Assembly (NCBI GenBank): GCA_963816355.1
Contig: CAWFKH010000004.1
Location: forward strand, 96,001-160,000
DNA from: an uncultured Gemmatimonadales bacterium
GTDB taxonomy: Bacteria; Gemmatimonadota; Gemmatimonadetes; Longimicrobiales; RSA9
Reading direction: 5' to 3'
DNA: 64,000 nt
A model generated the notes under the pieces. The model made no database searches. It saw nothing but the letters and a program-made list of their open reading frames with translations, and was not told the origin of the DNA. This document shows positions 58,839 to 64,000 of this stretch, piece after piece (positions within the stretch are counted from its first letter, which is position 1; the number at the start of each line of letters is the position of its first letter). The position numbers and the translations under genes are program-made.

Positions 58839-61106
58839 ATGAAGAGGTTCGATCTCCTGCCGCTGGTCCTGTGCGCGCTGGTCGCGCCGTCCCACGCCCG
58901 GGCGCAGGCGACCTCGTCGCCCCGGCCGGGCGGCTCGTCTCCGGGGCAGGCGGCCCCTGCCAGCGCGGCGGATCTGGCGCGCTGGCAGCGTGAGGCGGCG
59001 GCGGTGACGATCGTGCGGGACGACTGGGGGATCGCGCACGTGCACGGGAAGACGGACGCGGACGCGGTGTTCGGGATGGAGTACGCGCAGGCGGAGGACG
59101 ATTTCAACCGCGTCGAGACGAACTACCTGATCGCGCTCGGGCGGCTGGCGGAGGCGGAGGGGGAGTCGGCGGTCTGGCGCGACCTGCGCTCGAAGATCTA
59201 CGCGGATCCGGACACGCTGAAGGCGATGTACGCGCGCAGCCCGGAGTGGCTGAAGCGGCTTATGGACGCTTTCGCCGACGGTCTGAACTACTACCTCCAC
59301 GCGCACCCGGAGGTGAAGCCGCGGGCGATCACGCGATTCGAGCCGTGGATGGCGCTCTCGTTCACGGAAGGCAGCATCGGAGGCGACGTCGAGCGGATCG
59401 ACCTGCGCCAGCTCTCGGCGTTCTACGGCGGCGAGGAGGCGACAAAGGCGGGCTCGGTCGGTGGGCGGGCGCCGGAGCCGCCGGGCGCGGCGGGCGGGCC
59501 GGCGCCCGAGCCGTCGGGCTCGAACGGGATCGCGATCGCACCGAAGAACACGCTGAACGGCCACGCGCTGCTCTACATCAACCCGCACACGTCGTTCTAC
59601 TTCCGCTCCGAGCTGCAGATGACGAGCGACGAGGGGCTGGACGCGTACGGCGCGGTGACGTGGGGCCAGTTCTTCGTCTACCAGGGGTTCAACCGGACGG
59701 CGGGGTGGATGCACACGTCGAGCGGCGTGGACAACATCGACGAGTTCCTGGAGACGGTGACGAAGAAGGGTGCGGGCTGGGTCTACCGCCACGGGAGCCG
59801 GGAGCTGCCGGTGCGGGAGCGCACGATCACGGTGCCGTACCGGACCGACGACGGCATGAAGGAGCGCACGGTCACCGTCTACTTCACCGAGCACGGCCCC
59901 GTCGTGCGCAGGGAGGGCGAGCGCTGGGTGACGGTGAGTCTGATGCAGGCGCCGATCGAGGCGCTGACGCAGTCGTACACGAGGACGAAGGCGAAGGACC
60001 TGGCGGCGTTCCGCAGGATCCTGGAGCTGCACACGAATTCCTCCAACAACACGGTGTTCGCTGACGCCGAGGGCCACATCGCCTACTTTCACTCCAACTA
60101 CATTCCGCGCCGCGACACCGCCTTCGACTGGACGGAGCCGGTGGACGGCAGCAACGTGGCGACCGACTACCACGGCGTGCTGGCGGTGGACGAGACGCCG
60201 AACGTTATCGACCCGGAAGTCGGCTGGCTGTACAACTCGAACAACTGGCCGTGGTCGGCGGCCGGACCGGACAGTCCGAAGCGCTCGCAGTACCCGGTCT
60301 ACGTCGAGCGCGGCACGGAGGAAACGCCGCGCGGCCATCACGCGCTGCGCGTCCTGCCGGGCCACGACGCCTTCACGATCAGCTCGCTCACCGCCGTCGC
60401 GTTCGACAGCTACCTGCCTGCGTTCGCGTCGATGATCCCGGCGCTGGTCACCGCATACGACGCGGCTCCCGCCACGAGCCCGCTGCGGGCGAAGCTCGCC
60501 GCGCCCATCAAGGTCCTGCGCGAGTGGGACGACCGCTGGGGCATCAACTCCGTCGCCACCTCCCTCGCCGTCTTCTGGGGCGAGGACGCGCTGCGGCGCG
60601 TGGCGCGGGACGCGCGCGCGGCCGGCGTCTCCGGCGAGACCTACATCGCGACGACGGCGCCCGCGGGGCCACTGCTCGATGCGCTCTCCGCCGCCGTCGA
60701 CCGGCTCACCGCGGACTTCGGCACGTGGCAGACGCCGTGGGGCGACATCAACCGCTTCCAGCGCTGGAACGACGACATCGCGCCGCACTTCGACGACGAC
60801 AGCGCGAGCATACCCGTCCCCTTCACCTCCTCCCGCTGGGGCTCGCTCGCCTCCTTCGGCGCGCGGCCCTACCCGAACACGAAGAAGTGGTACGGCACCA
60901 GCGGCAACAGCTTTGTCGCGGCGGTCGAGTTCGGCGACAGCGTGCGCGCCCGGGCGGTGACCGCCGGCGGCGAGAGCGGCGACCCGGAGTCGCCGCACTT
61001 CGACGACGAGGCGGTGCGCTACGCGACGGGGAATCTGAGGGTGGTGTATTTCTATCCGGGGCAGTTGGTGGGGCATGTGGAGCGGCGGTACCATCCGGGC
61101 GGGTGA
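58839..61106 (+). CDS. Penicillin acylase family Ntn-hydrolase
   Basis: Signal peptide; IVRDDWGIAHVHG, YAQAED, GSNG (catalytic Ser) and NPH. Confidence 0.93.
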   Translation: MKRFDLLPLVLCALVAPSHARAQATSSPRPGGSSPGQAAPASAADLARWQREAAAVTIVRDDWGIAHVHGKTDADAVFGMEYAQAEDDFNRVETNYLIALGRLAEAEGESAVWRDLRSKIYADPDTLKAMYARSPEWLKRLMDAFADGLNYYLHAHPEVKPRAITRFEPWMALSFTEGSIGGDVERIDLRQLSAFYGGEEATKAGSVGGRAPEPPGAAGGPAPEPSGSNGIAIAPKNTLNGHALLYINPHTSFYFRSELQMTSDEGLDAYGAVTWGQFFVYQGFNRTAGWMHTSSGVDNIDEFLETVTKKGAGWVYRHGSRELPVRERTITVPYRTDDGMKERTVTVYFTEHGPVVRREGERWVTVSLMQAPIEALTQSYTRTKAKDLAAFRRILELHTNSSNNTVFADAEGHIAYFHSNYIPRRDTAFDWTEPVDGSNVATDYHGVLAVDETPNVIDPEVGWLYNSNNWPWSAAGPDSPKRSQYPVYVERGTEETPRGHHALRVLPGHDAFTISSLTAVAFDSYLPAFASMIPALVTAYDAAPATSPLRAKLAAPIKVLREWDDRWGINSVATSLAVFWGEDALRRVARDARAAGVSGETYIATTAPAGPLLDALSAAVDRLTADFGTWQTPWGDINRFQRWNDDIAPHFDDDSASIPVPFTSSRWGSLASFGARPYPNTKKWYGTSGNSFVAAVEFGDSVRARAVTAGGESGDPESPHFDDEAVRYATGNLRVVYFYPGQLVGHVERRYHPGG

Positions 61107-61121
61107 GGCGGGCGACGTTGT

Positions 61122-61262
61122 GGCGGTCTGGGGTCTGCGGAGGCGGTCTGGGGGTGGGTCGGGGGTACGGGGGTCTGGGGGGGCGGCGGGGCTGCGCCCG
61201 CCGTGGTCTGGGGTCTGGGGTCTGGGGTCTGGGGTCTGGGGTCAGTCTTTGGTCTGGGGGGT
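61122..61262 (+). repeat. GGGGTCT heptamer tandem and repeat-family member
   Basis: (GGGGTCT)x5 between convergent genes. Confidence 0.8.
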
Positions 61263-61664
61263 GGGGGTGGCGCGGTAGCACCAGGCTTCGCCTTGCAGGA
61301 CCAGCTCGCCGTCGCCGCGCACGACGCGGATGTCGAGGGCGCTGACCGGCTTCGTCGGATGGACGCTCTTCACGACGGCTTCGGCGGTGATCGTGTCGCC
61401 GATGAAGACGGGGGCGGTGAATTTCCAGTTCTGGCTGAGGAAGACGGTGCCGGGGCCGGGCATGTCCATGGCGACGAGGGCGTGGAGCAGGCCGGTGGTG
61501 AGGCCGCCCTGGGCGAGGAGCCGGCCGAAGCGGGTGCCGCGCACGAAGTCCTCGTCGAAGTGGAGCGGGTTGTGGTCGCCGGTGATCTCGGCGTAGCGCT
61601 CGACGTGCTCGCGCGTGACCGTCATCGAGCGGCGCGCGGTGCGTCCCACCTCTAGCTCGTCCAT
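61242..61664 (-). CDS. MaoC family (R)-hydratase/dehydratase
   Basis: TGDHNPLH, PGPGTVFLSQ and FTAPVFIGDTI motifs. Confidence 0.92.
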   Translation of the reverse strand: MDELEVGRTARRSMTVTREHVERYAEITGDHNPLHFDEDFVRGTRFGRLLAQGGLTTGLLHALVAMDMPGPGTVFLSQNWKFTAPVFIGDTITAEAVVKSVHPTKPVSALDIRVVRGDGELVLQGEAWCYRATPTPQTKD

Positions 61665-61847
61665 CGCTCTCCTCGAGGGTCGTCCGTTCGGCTGCACCCC
61701 TGACCGTTCGGCTGCACCCCTCACCGCCCGGCCGCCGCCCGAGGCCTCCTTCCCTCCGGGACGACCGGCGGGCGACGCCGCGATGCGCGGGGCGGCGGCG
61801 CGCCCGCCCGGACGCTCGATCGGGCCTGCCGGGGCGGCCTCGCCGAA

Positions 61848-63627
61848 CTACTGTCGGCAGCGCCCGTTCGGATCGGGCTTCGGGTGGTCCACCACGACGC
61901 GGTGGTCGAGGTCGGCGACGTGCAGCGCGACATCCTCGACGAAGCGGCCGATGCGTGCCATCCCGTCGTAGTCGATCGTCTGCGGCTCGTCGGTGACCTG
62001 GTGGTAGTCCGAGTGGAGCCCGGTGGTGAAGAACGTGATGGGGATGCCGAAGCGGGCGTATTCATAATGATCGCTGCGGCAGTAGATGTTGGACGGGTGG
62101 CCGTCGGCGTCCATCGCGTAGTCGAAGTGCAGCCCGTGCTTCCCCTCGACGTTCACCCGCTCGATCAGGTCGCCGAGCTCCGTCGAGAGGCGCCGGGAGC
62201 CGACGAGCTGCAGGTAGCCAGGGCCGCCGTGGAGCGGCGTGCCGTCCTTCGTCCGGCCGGTTTCGTCGTCGGCCCCGCCGCGGCCGATCATGTCCATGTT
62301 GAGCTGCGCCACGATCGAGTCGCGCGGCACGGTCGCGTGGTCGGTGAAGTACGTCGACCCGAGCAGCCCCCGCTCCTCTCCGGTGTGCCAGACGAAGAGG
62401 ATCGAACGCTTCGGCTTCACCGGCAACGAGACGATGCGCTCGGCGATCTCGAGCTCGGTCACGGTGCCGGAGCCGTCGTCGTCCGCGCCGTTCGAGATCG
62501 AGTCCATGCGGACCGGACCCGGGTGCGCGGCACGCCAGGCGCCGAGAAGCGAATCGACGGCCGCCTGCTCTTCCGGCGTCGCCTGCTTGCCGCGGTCGTC
62601 GGCGCCTTCCGGCCGCACGACGTGATTCCAGAATGCGCATCGAGTCGTTCGCGACCGGCGCCGCGGTATCGCCAATGTGGTCGTTGTGGGCGCCGATCGC
62701 AACGTATTCGCCGCGCAGCGCGGGATCGCTGCCGCGCACGATGCCGATCACGTTGCGCGCGGGCGTTGCGACCGGGTCCGAGGTGAAGCGGACGTCGATC
62801 GCCGCGTGGGTGCCGGCGGCGCCCGGGGCGAGACCGGCGATCGGCGATCCGAGCAGGCGGGCCGCGGCGGCCTCGGAGACGATGAAGACCGGCGTCTCGT
62901 CGCCGCCGGCGCCGTCCACCATCTGCGTGCGCGGCCGGGACAGGAAGCGCGAGAGAGCGCCGATGTATTCGTCCGCCACCGAGACGACCAGCGCGGAGGG
63001 ACCGGAGACGTCCGGCAGGCCGCGCAGCAGCGTGCGCAGGTTCGGCGCGCCCGTGGTGCTCAGCACCACGAGCTTGCCGCGCATGTGCGCCTCGTCGAGC
63101 GCGAGCGAGTCGCCCATCGCGCCGCCGAACACCGCCTCTGCGTCCGGGATCCTGACGCTGCGCCGCGCGCTCGGCGCGTAGTCGTGCCAGGCGACGAGCG
63201 GCTGGCCGCCGACGGTGAAGGAGGAAGCGTCGTCGAACGCGACCGTCTCGAGCGGGATGGTCTGGAAGTACGTCCCGTCCTCGCCGGCGGGCTGAATGCC
63301 GAGCCTCTCGAGCTCGCGGGCGATGTAGGCGGTGCCCTTGACGTTGCCGGCCGTGCCCGCCGCGCGGCCCTGCATCGAGTCGTCGGCGAAGACGTAGAGC
63401 CGGGTCATCAGGTCCGCCGCCGTGATGGCGGGCGAAGTGGGGCGAGGCTCGTGCTTCACCGGGAGCGCGGACTGCGCCGCGAGGCCGGCCGGGCGCAGCG
63501 CCGGAGCGAGCACGGCGAGCACGGTCAGCACGGCACAGTTCGCGAGAGGGCGCGTGGCGGCGCGGGCGGCGCGGGCGACGCGGGTCGTGTGGGGCCGGGC
63601 GTCCGTCGAGGGCGGTCGAAGCGACAT
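61848..63627 (-). pseudogene. M28 family peptidase split by a 1-nt frameshift at ~62632
   Basis: N-half (DDSMQGR, IGAHNDH) and C-half (NGADDDGSG, GEERGLLGS, NMDMIGR, RSDHY, YHQVTD) lie in different frames. Confidence 0.85.
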
Positions 63628-63730
63628 GGCTGGGGCTCGGTTGCGAGAGGCGAAGGCCGGCCGCGTGGCGGCCGAGCTGCGCGCGAATGTTACCCCCGGC
63701 GGCCGCGAGGGACAAGCGGTCCGGAGCGGG

Positions 63731-64000
63731 TTACGGCCGGGGGGCGCCGGGGTCGGGAGAAGCTTCCTCGGCGACGATGTCGGCCGGCACCGCCTGCGCC
63801 CGCTTCGCGCGCCGGCGCCCACCGAAGCGGAACGGTCCGCCGAGCCGGAACCGGCCGCCGCCCAGCAGCACGAGCGCGATGGCGCAGATCAGGATGAGCG
63901 CCTCGACCTCGATCCCCCAGCCGCCGGTCGCGCGGTTCACAGTGAGCGCCTGCGGCCACTGCACGAGCAGGATCGCCATGACGAGGTCGACGGCGATCAC
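63731..64000 (-). CDS. DoxX family membrane protein, C-terminal part
   Basis: MAILLVQW...GGWGIE..LILICAIALVLLGGGRF; runs off the window edge. Confidence 0.65.
   Translation of the reverse strand: MIAVDLVMAILLVQWPQALTVNRATGGWGIEVEALILICAIALVLLGGGRFRLGGPFRFGGRRRAKRAQAVPADIVAEEASPDPGAPRP

Overview
This is a 64-kb window of a very GC-rich bacterial chromosome. Gene content (SusC/SusD pair, duplicated orphan MacB-type permease, fused E1 alpha/beta dehydrogenase, TolB-amidohydrolase) suggests Gemmatimonadota or similar; that is an inference. The backbone carries ccdA, speA-speB, fur, nrnA, coaE, dedA, susCD, E1, ROK kinase, a K+ channel, panE, penicillin acylase and an M28 peptidase. The main result is an accessory island (~20.9-32.8 kb) that behaves like an integron but is headed by a tyrosine recombinase lacking the IntI-specific insertion. 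Its genes lie downstream of, and co-oriented with, the recombinase. The first gene is bounded by perfectly complementary core sites (GTTAGCCGCC / GGCGGCTAAC). Its attC-like site can be rebuilt by removing an IS1380 (5-bp TSD) and an IS1111-type IS110. The IS1111 element sits exactly at the GTT core, and its 3' non-coding region contains matches to both the target core and its own circle junction. The island also has an IS256 without a TSD, a TerB-SAP-SAP-nuclease candidate defence gene and several internally deleted gene relics. Elsewhere there is a four-helix-bundle gene inside ~104-bp inverted repeats, a ~260-bp dispersed repeat, a GGGGTCT repeat family and a ClpN-GntR fusion with a palindromic operator. 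Only one complete attC-like site is reconstructable, so the cassette interpretation needs comparative confirmation.
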